64,000 bases of DNA from Spirochaetales bacterium (GTDB taxonomy: Bacteria > Spirochaetota > Spirochaetia > DSM-27196 > SLST01). Location of the stretch: NCBI GenBank assembly GCA_007127335.1, contig SKZO01000156.1, positions 2,658-66,657 on the forward strand, given 5' to 3'. Of this stretch, positions 1 through 9,268 are shown in pieces. The position numbers and the translations under genes were made by a program. Each line of letters begins with the position of its first letter. Position 1 is the stretch's first letter. The notes below the pieces were generated by a model. It was given only the letters and a program-made list of their open reading frames with translations. It did not search any database and was not told where the DNA came from.

Positions 1-735
1 CGCGAACGGGTCGAGGAGCTGATCAACTACTTCGAGACGCAGTACCCGGGCAAGAAGGACCTGCCGCACATCCAGACGCTCAAGGGAATGGTTCGCGAAT
101 GGGAGAGCGCCTGTCTCTGGGGCTACTTCGGGTGGGACTCGAACTCGGTGGAAGACCTCCGACTCGGGTTCTACACCGGAGATGTCTTTACCCCCGAGCC
201 ACAGCTCGCGCGCGATGTCGCGCCCGTCCTCGAGCTCCTGCGCAAGGTCAACCCGGACTACGTCACGGTCGCCTTCGACCCGGAAGGCAGCGGCCCGGAC
301 ACGCATTACAAGGTGATGCAGGCGATCGCGGAGGCGTTGCGCATCTACCAGGACGAGACCGGCCGGGAGGATATCACGGTACTCGGGTATCGCAACGTGT
401 GGTACCGCTTCCATCCTTCCGAGGCGACCGTCTTCGTGCCGGTATCGCTGAACATGCTCACGCTTGAGCACTACTCGTTCATGAACACCTACCTGTCCCA
501 GCGTGATGCGAGTTTCCCGAGTCACGACCACAAGGGGCCCTTCTGCGAGCTCTCGCAGCGGATCCAGGTGAACCAGTACGAGATGCTCGCGCAGTGCCTC
601 GGGCGCGACTACTTCTACGGGCACGAGAGCCCGCTCATTCGCGCGACGCGGGGATTCGTCTTCGTACGCACGATGAGCCCCGGGGAGTTTTTCCGCTACT
701 CCCGGGACCTGCGTCGCCGGGCGGAGAACGCCTGA
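1..735 (+). CDS. 3' part of a gene entering from upstream; LmbE/PIG-L-like domain protein (possible amino-sugar deacetylase or long NagB-type protein)
   Basis: Frame 1 is open from base 1 (RERVEELINYFETQYPGKKDLPHIQTLKG precedes the first Met of ORF 88..735). GC3 bias is strong. The TGA at 733-735 abuts the ATG of the next gene. FDPEGSGPDTHYKV resembles the metal-site region of PIG-L/LmbE proteins (from memory, not aligned). The neighbour is a ROK/NagC-type regulator. Confidence 0.45.
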   Translation, partial: RERVEELINYFETQYPGKKDLPHIQTLKGMVREWESACLWGYFGWDSNSVEDLRLGFYTGDVFTPEPQLARDVAPVLELLRKVNPDYVTVAFDPEGSGPDTHYKVMQAIAEALRIYQDETGREDITVLGYRNVWYRFHPSEATVFVPVSLNMLTLEHYSFMNTYLSQRDASFPSHDHKGPFCELSQRIQVNQYEMLAQCLGRDYFYGHESPLIRATRGFVFVRTMSPGEFFRYSRDLRRRAENA

Positions 736-1959
736 ATGGCCGGCACCGGCCGGCAGCGCACTCGAGAGATCAACATACTCGCCGCGATGCGCGCGCTCAT
801 CTCCCTCGGGACTGCGAGCAGGAGCGAGCTCGCCGCCCACGTGGGGCTCGACCGATCCACGATGACGCATATCACGTCGACGCTGCTGGCCGCCGGGCTC
901 ATCGAGCCGGTTGCGGAGGCGCCGGCGGGCAGTCGCGGGGGGCGCCGCGCAGAGCTGCTTTCCGTTGACCGGAGCCGGTACGCGATACTGAGCGCCGACC
1001 TCCAGTCCAGAAACCCGCGGTGGCTGCTCACGAACCTGCGCGGCGAACGGCTCCAGGACGGCCAACTCGGGCCAAGCATGCCTGCCGCCGGGGGAGCCGT
1101 GCGGCGGGCGTGGGTCGAGGGGATACTTGACGACCTCAGGCACATGGTCCGGTCGCAACCCGCGGGACGGCAGGTGATCGGCGTGGGCATTGCACTGCCG
1201 GGGCTGTTCGACCGGTCGCGCACCCGCCTGGTGGAGTCGTTCGAGCTCGGGCTCCGGGATGTCGATCTCCAGGCCCTCTGGAACTGCTCCAGCCCGCCGC
1301 TCTTCGCGGCGAACGATGCAACGTGCTACGCGTGGCGGGAGATTGCCGCTCGCCGCGATGAGCTCTCGCGCGGCGAGCCCACCGCGGCGGACGGCGTCTA
1401 TGTCTACACGAAGTTTCACACCGACGGGGAGAGGTTCCTCGCGACGGGAATGGGCGTTGGGGTGACGATCGTCGCCGACGGACACATCGTTCGCGGTCAC
1501 CGCGGAGCCGCCGGAGAGCTGCGAGGATACCGCCACTCGGACGATGACGAGGACCAGCTGGGCATCGATCTCGAAGCGATCCGTCGGGGCGAGGGACAGG
1601 AGGCGGCGATCACGACGGCAGCTTCAGAGCTCATACGCAATCTCGGTGTGATTGCGTCGGTACTCGACCCTCCCAGAATCGTCGTCTGCGGAGACCTCGG
1701 ACTCTCCGCGGAGAGGTTTCGGGCCATCGCCGCGGAGATCAACCATGCCGGCCGGCCCGAAATAGAGTACCGCACGGCTGAGCCGCTCGCAGTCGCCCGG
1801 GGAGCCGCGCAGATGGTCCTCGAGGGTCTGTTCTCGCCGGACGCTCAGGTCGACCGGCCCCTTCTGCGCCCGGACACAGCGCCCGCGATGGTTCCCGGTT
1901 CCTCCAATCGCGAGTCCGGTTTTTCTCGTGGTATTGCTCCGGAAAACGCTCTACAATAA
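736..1959 (+). CDS. ROK-family transcriptional regulator (NagC/XylR-like)
   Basis: N-terminal winged HTH (SRSELAAHVGLDRSTMTHITSTLLAAGLIE). ROK sugar-kinase-like body (VIGVGIALPGLFD, GMGVGVTIVADGHIVRGHRGAAGELR). ATG directly follows the upstream stop. Confidence 0.75.
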   Translation: MAGTGRQRTREINILAAMRALISLGTASRSELAAHVGLDRSTMTHITSTLLAAGLIEPVAEAPAGSRGGRRAELLSVDRSRYAILSADLQSRNPRWLLTNLRGERLQDGQLGPSMPAAGGAVRRAWVEGILDDLRHMVRSQPAGRQVIGVGIALPGLFDRSRTRLVESFELGLRDVDLQALWNCSSPPLFAANDATCYAWREIAARRDELSRGEPTAADGVYVYTKFHTDGERFLATGMGVGVTIVADGHIVRGHRGAAGELRGYRHSDDDEDQLGIDLEAIRRGEGQEAAITTAASELIRNLGVIASVLDPPRIVVCGDLGLSAERFRAIAAEINHAGRPEIEYRTAEPLAVARGAAQMVLEGLFSPDAQVDRPLLRPDTAPAMVPGSSNRESGFSRGIAPENALQ

Positions 1960-1964
1960 AGGCA

Positions 1965-3269
1965 GTGGCACACCCGGTACATGTGATCGACTTGGGGCCT
2001 TCAGAGGATTCCGACGTATCGCTTGTAGAGTCAATCCTTCCCCATCCCGTTGATCCTGAGACACAGCCCACAGTACGCGACGCCCAGGGTGTTCTCCAGG
2101 CGATTCAGAGCCTGAACCGCATTCGGGACCTCGACACGCTCCTCGAGCATGTCCTCCTGAAGGCGCGCCGCCTGGTCCGGGCAGATGCCGGCACGATCTA
2201 CCTCAAGGCCAAGAAACGACTCTTCTTCAGTTACGTCCAGAACGACACCTTGTTCGCCGGCCAGACACCGGACTCGCGGTACGTCTACTCAGCCAACAGT
2301 CTGCCGATCGACCGTTCTTCGCTCGCAGGCTACGTCGCCGCCAGCGGCGAACCGCTGGTGATCGACGATGTCTATGACATCCAGAGCAACGTCAGTTACG
2401 CGTTCAACCCCGAGTTCGACGCGAAGTCGAACTATCGCACGAAGAGCATGCTCATCGTGCCGCTGCTCACCCGTGACGGCTCGGTGGTCGGGGTACTGCA
2501 GCTGATCAACGCGATTGCGGACGACGGCTCGACCGTCTCGTTCTCGTACCAGGAGACGCAGTACGCCAATCAGTTCGCACAGGCTGCCGCAGACGCCATA
2601 GAACGGACCCGGCTCTCACGCGACATGGTACTGCGCCTCGTCGAGCTCAGCGGTCTGCGGGATCCCTACGAGACCGGTCAGCACGCGAAGCGGGTGGGGG
2701 CGTACGCGGTCGAGTTGTACGACAAGTGGGCCACGGCGCAGGGTGTCTCACCGGACGATGTGCGGGCAAATCGGGAGATCATCCGGACCGCCGCGATGCT
2801 GCACGACGTGGGAAAAGTGGCGATCAGCGACACAATCCTGCGCAAAGGGAGGGATCTGTCGGGCGACGAGCGGCGGCGGATGCAACTCCACACGATCTAC
2901 GGCGCGCGACTGTTCAAGCGCGACGATTCCGCATGGGATCTCGTCGCCCGCGAGGTGACGCTGAACCATCACGAACGCGGGGACGGCACCGGCTATCCAG
3001 GCCACGTCGAGAACATCTTCGCTCGCCAGGTGCGCGTGGGCCGGCCCAAGCGCGGCGCCGAGATTCCGGTCACCGCGCGAATCGTCGCGATAGCGGACGT
3101 CTATGATGCGCTGATGTCGCGCCGGGCCTACAAGGAGCCATGGCCCGAGTCGCGTGTTATCAGCCACCTGGAAAGCGAGTCAGGTGGCCGGTTCGACCCG
3201 CAGTTCGTCAACCACTTCCTTGAGATGATCGACGTCATCCATTCGATCAGCCGCAAGTGGTCGTACTGA
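1965..3269 (+). CDS. GAF domain / HD-GYP domain cyclic-dinucleotide phosphodiesterase
   Basis: GAF-like N-terminal half (LLKARRLVRADAGTIYL ... SLAGYVAASGEPLVIDDVYD ... MLIVPLLTRDGSVVGVLQLINA). HD-GYP half (AAMLHDVGKVAI, HHERGDGTGYPG, IADVYDALMSRRAYK). Confidence 0.85.
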   Translation: MAHPVHVIDLGPSEDSDVSLVESILPHPVDPETQPTVRDAQGVLQAIQSLNRIRDLDTLLEHVLLKARRLVRADAGTIYLKAKKRLFFSYVQNDTLFAGQTPDSRYVYSANSLPIDRSSLAGYVAASGEPLVIDDVYDIQSNVSYAFNPEFDAKSNYRTKSMLIVPLLTRDGSVVGVLQLINAIADDGSTVSFSYQETQYANQFAQAAADAIERTRLSRDMVLRLVELSGLRDPYETGQHAKRVGAYAVELYDKWATAQGVSPDDVRANREIIRTAAMLHDVGKVAISDTILRKGRDLSGDERRRMQLHTIYGARLFKRDDSAWDLVAREVTLNHHERGDGTGYPGHVENIFARQVRVGRPKRGAEIPVTARIVAIADVYDALMSRRAYKEPWPESRVISHLESESGGRFDPQFVNHFLEMIDVIHSISRKWSY

Positions 3270-3284
3270 GTCGCGCACGGGATT

Positions 3285-3527
3285 CTACGCCTCGGTGGGC
3301 TCCTCGACCCGAACGTTCATCTCCAGGCTGTAGCCATCCCCGGCGTGGTGGTTGACGATACCTGCGATCTTGTCGCGCTCATGCTCGTTTGCTACCCGTC
3401 CGGCGACCCGAATCGTCTTTCGCTTCACGAGAAAGCCCTTGGTAAGCAGGTCGACGGTGAACGCACGCACGTTGATCGACCCATCGTCCTCCACATCCCT
3501 GCGAATCATGTCGATGATGTCTGCCAT
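3285..3527 (-). CDS. small BON-like domain protein (hypothetical)
   Basis: 80-aa ORF with good GC3. The pattern INVRAFTVDLLTKGFLVKRKTIRVAGRVANEHERDKIAGIVNH resembles a single BON/OsmY-type domain. No other support. Confidence 0.4.
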   Translation of the reverse strand: MADIIDMIRRDVEDDGSINVRAFTVDLLTKGFLVKRKTIRVAGRVANEHERDKIAGIVNHHAGDGYSLEMNVRVEEPTEA

Positions 3528-3683
3528 GGTCGCTCCTTCCGAAGCGGTCCCGCACTGCAGAAAGGCCGGAAGCTCGTCGGGCGGTACCCGATCCGTCTGG
3601 CACGAGTATATACCGGTTCCCGCAGCGGAGCAACCGTGTCTCGACGGTCCTGTCTCAACGGTCCGAGCGCATTGCTGCGCCGC

Positions 3684-5309
3684 CTAAGCTACCGACGCGC
3701 GCGTCCCGTTGGTCTCGTCGGACGTCGCCGTCTTGAACTCGGACGTGAAGTGGAACCTCACCCCGGGGTTGTCCCGGATCATCGATCGGAGCATCCACTC
3801 GCTCTCAGCAAGGTAGACGGGGTTCCCGTCGCGATCGAGCGCAACATGCCGGTCGCGATACCTGATGAACTCGGCGAGTGCCTTGGGGTCATCGGCGGTA
3901 AGCCAGCAGGCACGGGCATACGGGAGCGGCTGCAGTCGACACGCCGCGCCGTACTCGTTCGTCAGGCGGTACTGGATGACCTCGAACTGGAGCTCACCAA
4001 CGGCACCAATGATCTTCCGGCGCCCACGATCCTGTATGAACAGCTGGGCCACTCCTTCCTCGGTGAGCTGCTGGATACCCTTGTCCAACTGCTTCGACCG
4101 CATTGGATCGGTCGAAACAAGCTCCTTGAAGATCTCCGGTGCGAAGCTCGGAACACCGCGAAAGGTGAACCCCTCTCCCTCGGTCAGGGTGTCTCCGATT
4201 TTCAGGTCTCCACGATCGTAGAGCCCGACGACGTCTCCGGGGAACGCTTCTTCGACGACGTTCTTCCGCTCCGCCATGAAGCTGTAGGGACGCGAGAACC
4301 GTATGTTCTTCCCGTGGCGCACATGATGGAAGAAGACGTCCTTGCGGAAGACCCCGGAGCAGACCCGGAGGAAGGCGATTCTGTCGCGGTGACGCGGATC
4401 GAGATTCGCATGGATCTTGAACACGAAGCCGGAAAACTTCTCCTCGCGCGGGTCCACGGGCCGCAGATCGGAGTCCCGGGGAGTCGGCGTCGGCGCTATC
4501 CTCACGAACGTCTCGAGCAGCTCGCGAACGCCGAAGTTATTCAGGGCACTCCCGAAGAACACGGGCGCGACGTTTCCGCTGCGGTATTCAGTCTGGTCAA
4601 GCGGATCGTACACGCCCTCTATGAGCTCGACGTCCTCGCGTAGCTGATCTGCGGCCGAGCCGAGCACCGTCTCGAGCACCGGATCATCGAGCCGCTCCAC
4701 GAGTACCCGGTCCTCCTCAACAACGGTCTTCCCCGCCTGAAAAAGATAGAGATTCCGCTCCCCAAGATTGTACACGCCGCGAAAGTGCTGTCCCATGCCG
4801 ATCGGCCACGTAAGCGGGCGTACGGCAATCTGCAGCTTTTCCTCGAGCTCGTCCATGAGCTCGAATGGCGGCCGCCCCTCGCGATCGAGCTTGTTCACGA
4901 AAATGATGACCGGCGTGTTGCGCATGCGACAGACTTCCATGAGTCGCTCGGTCTGCTCCTCAACTCCCTTCACCGAGTCCACGACCAGAATGACGCTGTC
5001 CACCGCGGTCAGCGTGCGGTACGTGTCCTCGGCAAAGTCGCGGTGTCCAGGCGTATCGAGAATGTTGATGAGCTTCCCAAGGTACTCGAAGCTCATGACC
5101 GACGTCGCTACCGAGATGCCCCGCTGCTTCTCGATCTCCATGAAGTCCGACGTGGCCGTCTTGCGGATCTTGTTGGACTTCACCGCCCCGGCGCTGCGAA
5201 TACTGCCACCGAACAGCAGCAGCTTCTCCGTGAGCGTCGTCTTTCCGGCGTCGGGGTGACTGATGATGCCAAACGTACGGCGGCGCGCTATTTCCTGGGT
5301 CATATCCAT
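3684..5309 (-). CDS. prfC: peptide chain release factor 3 (translational GTPase)
   Basis: [27 protein letters not shown] (G1), [11 protein letters not shown] (G3), FVNKLDR (G4). 541 aa is typical RF3 length. Confidence 0.95.
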   Translation of the reverse strand: MDMTQEIARRRTFGIISHPDAGKTTLTEKLLLFGGSIRSAGAVKSNKIRKTATSDFMEIEKQRGISVATSVMSFEYLGKLINILDTPGHRDFAEDTYRTLTAVDSVILVVDSVKGVEEQTERLMEVCRMRNTPVIIFVNKLDREGRPPFELMDELEEKLQIAVRPLTWPIGMGQHFRGVYNLGERNLYLFQAGKTVVEEDRVLVERLDDPVLETVLGSAADQLREDVELIEGVYDPLDQTEYRSGNVAPVFFGSALNNFGVRELLETFVRIAPTPTPRDSDLRPVDPREEKFSGFVFKIHANLDPRHRDRIAFLRVCSGVFRKDVFFHHVRHGKNIRFSRPYSFMAERKNVVEEAFPGDVVGLYDRGDLKIGDTLTEGEGFTFRGVPSFAPEIFKELVSTDPMRSKQLDKGIQQLTEEGVAQLFIQDRGRRKIIGAVGELQFEVIQYRLTNEYGAACRLQPLPYARACWLTADDPKALAEFIRYRDRHVALDRDGNPVYLAESEWMLRSMIRDNPGVRFHFTSEFKTATSDETNGTRASVA

Positions 5310-5385
5310 ACTGGTACCCTAAGCTATTGATCGGCGGGCGTGTTGCCAACACGTCGGGGCGAATCGGGAAGAGAAGTTCCCCGGG

Positions 5386-6375
5386 CTACAGCCGCTCCCG
5401 CAGGGTGTACACGTGCACCGACTCGAACGAACCCCGATGGTTGAACAGTGGTCGAACCCCCTCGGGCACGAGCGGATGGCAGGCCCCGGTGACGGCGAGT
5501 CCGCCCGGCTCAACGAAGCGTGACCCGAGATGGAAGAGGAAGTTCACCGATTCAGAGACAATCGCTCCTGTCCTCCCGCTCGACCGGTACGTCGTGTTGC
5601 CCAGGTGGAGTGCCAGCCGCCAGCTGAGCTCACCGAACTGTGCGAACTCCTCGGCATTGATCACGACCCGGTTGAGCACGAGCCGAAGAGCTGGAACGAC
5701 CGCGTTGATCGTCTGCCCGTCGAAGGGCATGAGGAGTAGACCTTCGTCTTCCTTCCACATCCACACTCTGGCAGCGTGTTCTGCGAACGCCTGCTCGAGC
5801 ATGGCGCTGAAACGTCGCCGCAGCGAGGCGAGGAACCCCTCACTCGACTTCCGGTGGAGATCGCCGGCCTGATCGAGACCTGCGTACACCATGAGAAAGG
5901 TGTAGACCTTCCCATCTTCGACGTCCGCCCAGTCTGACCCCGATGGAATGAACCGGTGTACCTCGTGCTCCGGCACATGCGAAGCCGACTGATCGGCGGG
6001 CATCGTCGGCTCGTATTCCACGACACGACGCAGGCGTGCCGTGCTCACCCCGTCCGCGATGAGAGACTTCCCGAGGTAGTCCGCCGCGGCAGCGTGAAAG
6101 AGCTCTGCAACGTCCGATATGCGACCATGATGGTCGATCACGCCGTATCGGTACGGGCGCTCGGTCCGTAACCGCCTGAGCCGACGTTTGACCGCCAGAT
6201 GATCCATGCCGCTCACGTCAACATAGACGAAAGACTCCGGCACGACGGCGGCTCGTCGCAGGGTCTCTCCAAGATCCTTGATCGCAGCGTACTCCACCGT
6301 GTACGTACGGCTCCGATCGATGGCTGCAAAGGAGGCGCGGACGGATCTGCTGTTCGTCACGACGTAGACGGTCAT
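5386..6375 (-). CDS. receiver-like domain + degenerate class III nucleotidyl-cyclase-like domain protein
   Basis: The N-terminus resembles REC but lacks the acidic pair (VYVVTNS; FVYVDVSGMD; AAADYLGKSL). The C-terminal half is paralogous to the upstream gene (RVWMWKEDEGLLLMPF vs RLWGWEGDGGIVAFTF; WRLALHLGNTTY vs VRVTVHNGPCEY). The start codon directly abuts the upstream stop. Confidence 0.55.
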   Translation of the reverse strand: MTVYVVTNSRSVRASFAAIDRSRTYTVEYAAIKDLGETLRRAAVVPESFVYVDVSGMDHLAVKRRLRRLRTERPYRYGVIDHHGRISDVAELFHAAAADYLGKSLIADGVSTARLRRVVEYEPTMPADQSASHVPEHEVHRFIPSGSDWADVEDGKVYTFLMVYAGLDQAGDLHRKSSEGFLASLRRRFSAMLEQAFAEHAARVWMWKEDEGLLLMPFDGQTINAVVPALRLVLNRVVINAEEFAQFGELSWRLALHLGNTTYRSSGRTGAIVSESVNFLFHLGSRFVEPGGLAVTGACHPLVPEGVRPLFNHRGSFESVHVYTLRERL

Positions 6376-7296
6376 CTAGTCTGCAAACCTCACCGAGTAC
6401 GAGTAGAACCTCTGATCTTCAGCGACGTCTACCGGCGTCAGCCCGGCGGCCGCGACCCTGTCCAGGCTGGGGTAGACGGTATCCGTGACGATCATCGTGT
6501 CCGGCATGCCGTGTTGGGTATCGATCTCCCACAGACGCTTCAGCGTATCGCTTTTCAACTCCGCTCCGCTGTCTGTGTACTCACACGGCCCGTTGTGTAC
6601 GGTCACGCGAACATGGAGTCCGTCGCTGAGCGGGCACTCGACGAGGTTGTAAATGAGGAGCTCACCAAGAAGCTCCATACCGGTGAGCGTTGCCCGAAGA
6701 TTCTGTTCCTCAAAGGTGAACGCGACGATTCCCCCATCGCCTTCCCATCCCCAGAGTCGACCGTTGCGTCGAGTAGCCGATCTGGCGACCATACTCCGCA
6801 GGGTCCGATAGAGGTCGCTCATGGCGGCCTGCCCGTGCTGCCGGACGAGGTCGGAATTGCCGACGACGTCGACCCCGAGAAAGGCCATCACGTACGTCTC
6901 TCCTTCCCGAAGGACCCCCCAGTTCCGGGTCGTCCGTATGGAGCTGTCCTCTATGAAGGTGCGGGTCTGATGATCGTAGCAGTATCCGGTCTCGTACAAC
7001 TCACGAAGGATCGCCTGGAGCCTGGGGAATCGGTACTTCCGGCCTTCCATTCCAAGCCGCTCGACTTCGAGCAGCATCGCGGCGAAATCCAGGAAGAGGC
7101 CGGCCTCCGATAGATCGTCGATGATCTGCCGTGCCGCATTGCGGTTTGGAATTGGGACCGACGCTGGGAACCCGGTGCGTTCATGGAGATCGTATGAACC
7201 GAACAGACGCCTGGCCACATGGACCATCGTCTTGACGTCCATGGACTCCGCCAGAGCGCGGCTCGCCAGTGTGCGCACTCTTGCCTTCACTCGCAT
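6376..7296 (-). CDS. class III adenylate/guanylate cyclase-like domain protein with unknown N-terminal domain
   Basis: C-terminal domain shows the cyclase-homology pattern: YVMAFLGVDVVGNSDL (F-x-D-I-x-G-x-T-like), WEGDGGIVAFTF (GDG), LHVRVTVHNGPCEY (hRIGIHTGP-like). I prefer the start at ATG 7296 (MRVKARV), because the ORF-track start at 7410 would overlap the parC 3' end by 56 nt. Confidence 0.6.
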   Translation of the reverse strand: MRVKARVRTLASRALAESMDVKTMVHVARRLFGSYDLHERTGFPASVPIPNRNAARQIIDDLSEAGLFLDFAAMLLEVERLGMEGRKYRFPRLQAILRELYETGYCYDHQTRTFIEDSSIRTTRNWGVLREGETYVMAFLGVDVVGNSDLVRQHGQAAMSDLYRTLRSMVARSATRRNGRLWGWEGDGGIVAFTFEEQNLRATLTGMELLGELLIYNLVECPLSDGLHVRVTVHNGPCEYTDSGAELKSDTLKRLWEIDTQHGMPDTMIVTDTVYPSLDRVAAAGLTPVDVAEDQRFYSYSVRFAD

Positions 7297-7354
7297 CGCC
7301 GGTAGTATACGCGGGAGCGTTGAGAAGGGGAATAGTGAGCAGTTCGCACAGGTA

Positions 7355-9268
7355 TCAGCGGCGGGCGACGAATCGGGCGCTGGTGGCCTCGCGCGTTGCC
7401 AGCCGGACACCCAGGGCCTTGACTCCTTTTACCAGGTAGTCATCGACGTTGAAGTCCTCTTCGAGCACCCGAATGTTCTTCTTCTTCCGGTACTTCACGT
7501 TGGCAACCACGCCATCGCGGGTCGTGAGCGCAAGCACGGCGGTTCCGGGCGGTACGATCTGGTACCCCTTGTCAAGAATGAACTGCTCGATCTTCGTACG
7601 TTTGAGATATGGGTAGTTTGTCTTGCGATCTTTGTAGACGATGCTGAACACCTTTGAGGAGAGCACCTCCTTGTCTGCAAGCCCGCACGAAAGCATTCCC
7701 TTGTCAACGAACAGTTTCTCGGGGACGGTCATGACCGAGTATGCGCCGCTGGCACGGATGACGAGCACACGATCGTAGGGTGAGACTTTGAACAGTTCCT
7801 TCCCGGAGGAGAGATTGTAGCCAAGGTAGCCGCTCGAGGAATCGTACCGAAGACTCAGGCTCCGCACGGCCGCCTCGCGAACGTCAACTCGCTCGAAATC
7901 TCCGATCTCCGTCCGCCGCGGGTATTCGGCGCGGTAGTCGCCCACCACATCGCCAAGATAGTCGATCGCATACTCGGTGATGTTGGCGAGATGGTGTTTG
8001 ACCTCTTCGAGCCGTTTCTCGATCTCAGCGATCTCCTTCTTCGCCCGGTCGATGTCGTACCTGGAGATCCGCCTGATGGGGATCTTCAGAAGTCGGTCCA
8101 CGTCCTCCCCGGTTACTTTCCTGCGTATCTCCTTCCGGTACGGCTCGAACCCCTCGATCACCGTGGTCGTGACGGCGTCCGCGGTCGTCTCTTCCTCAAT
8201 CCGCTTGTAGAGTCGCTCCTCCACGAATATACGCTCGAGGGTTCGAGCGTGCAGTCGATCAAGGAGTTGGCTGCGCTCGAGCTCGAGCTCCTGGTTGAGT
8301 ACCGCCACGAGCCGCCGTGCATGGTGCTGGATCACCTCGGTCACGGTCATCGACGTCGGTTTACCATCCTTGATGACAAGAAGGTTCACGCTGATGGAGT
8401 TCTCGCACTCGGTGAATGCATAGAGCGAATCGACGACTTCCTGCGTGTACACACCCCGAGCAAGCTTGATCTCAATCTCCACGTGTTCCGCGGTGAAGTC
8501 GCTGATGGACGCGATCTTCACCTTGTTCTTCCTCGCTGCGGCTTCAACGCTGTTGATGAGGCTCTCCGTCGTGGACCCGAACGGCAGCTCGCGAACCACT
8601 ATGCGCTTGGGATCGGAGGTGTCGAGCTTTGCCCGCACGAGCACTTTGCCCTGACCATCGTCGTATCCTGAGACGTCGATGTATCCGCCACCGGGGAAGT
8701 CGGGAACCAGCTCGAACGGTTCACCGCGCAGGGCCTTCCGAACAGCCTCACACACCTCTATAAAGTTATGAGAAAGAATCCTGGTGGACATCCCGACGGC
8801 GATGCCTTCGGCTCCGAGCACCAGCACAACCGGAAACTTCGCCGGGAACACCACCGGTTCCTTCCGCCGCCCATCGTACGACGGTTCGTATTCGGTGATG
8901 TCCGGCTGGTAGAGCATACGCTTCGCCAAAGGGGTTGCCCTGCACTCGATGTACCGCGGAGCGCTCGCCTCGTCGCCGGTGAGTATGTTCCCGAAGTTGC
9001 CCTGCTTGTCTATGAACAGATCCTTGTTCGCAAGGACGACCAGCGCCGAGTTGATGGACGCATCTCCGTGAGGATGGTACTGCATGCAGTGGCCCACTAC
9101 ATTGGCAACCTTGTGGAACTTGCCGTCGTCCATCTCCAGAAGGCTGTGGAGGATGCGGCGTTGAACAGGCTTCAGCCCGTCGTCCAGATGCGGAATCGCG
9201 CGATCCTTTATGACGTAACTGGCGTACTCGAGGAAGTTGGTGTTGAACAACGTATCGACATAGGCCAT
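7355..9268 (-). CDS. parC: DNA topoisomerase IV subunit A (short, Bacteroidota/spirochaete-type ParC)
   Basis: FLEYASYVIKDRAIPHLDDGLKPVQRRILHSLLEMDDGKFHKVANVVGHCMQYHPHGDASI; APRYIECR carries the catalytic Tyr. At 637 aa it lacks a long GyrA-box C-terminal domain. It abuts parE. Confidence 0.9.
   Translation of the reverse strand: MAYVDTLFNTNFLEYASYVIKDRAIPHLDDGLKPVQRRILHSLLEMDDGKFHKVANVVGHCMQYHPHGDASINSALVVLANKDLFIDKQGNFGNILTGDEASAPRYIECRATPLAKRMLYQPDITEYEPSYDGRRKEPVVFPAKFPVVLVLGAEGIAVGMSTRILSHNFIEVCEAVRKALRGEPFELVPDFPGGGYIDVSGYDDGQGKVLVRAKLDTSDPKRIVVRELPFGSTTESLINSVEAAARKNKVKIASISDFTAEHVEIEIKLARGVYTQEVVDSLYAFTECENSISVNLLVIKDGKPTSMTVTEVIQHHARRLVAVLNQELELERSQLLDRLHARTLERIFVEERLYKRIEEETTADAVTTTVIEGFEPYRKEIRRKVTGEDVDRLLKIPIRRISRYDIDRAKKEIAEIEKRLEEVKHHLANITEYAIDYLGDVVGDYRAEYPRRTEIGDFERVDVREAAVRSLSLRYDSSSGYLGYNLSSGKELFKVSPYDRVLVIRASGAYSVMTVPEKLFVDKGMLSCGLADKEVLSSKVFSIVYKDRKTNYPYLKRTKIEQFILDKGYQIVPPGTAVLALTTRDGVVANVKYRKKKNIRVLEEDFNVDDYLVKGVKALGVRLATREATSARFVARR

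Noticed and set aside
3345-4643. 432-aa plus-strand ORF, and similar long antisense ORFs (6199..7113, 8768..9580, 10265..11158, 13163..14062, 21235..22173, 24352..25494, 25924..26904, 27150..28307, 32092..32991, 32858..33805, 37228..38202, 38213..39019, 46849..48459, 48285..49640, 57252..58139, 58233..59156, 59435..60043, 60131..60817, 60921..61529, 61571..62176).
   Set aside because: Each lies opposite a gene with clear family motifs. The translations are Arg/Pro/Gly/Ala/His-rich with no motifs, as expected for stop-poor shadow frames in GC-rich DNA with high GC3 on the true strand.
5386-7410. Idea that the cyclase-like pair is a Pycsar/CBASS-type antiphage signalling system.
   Set aside because: No effector gene (cyclic-nucleotide-binding domain fused to TM, TIR, nuclease or patatin) is adjacent. 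There are no mobile-element or defence-island neighbours; the flanks are prfC and parC. The second gene is a paralog of the first rather than an effector.
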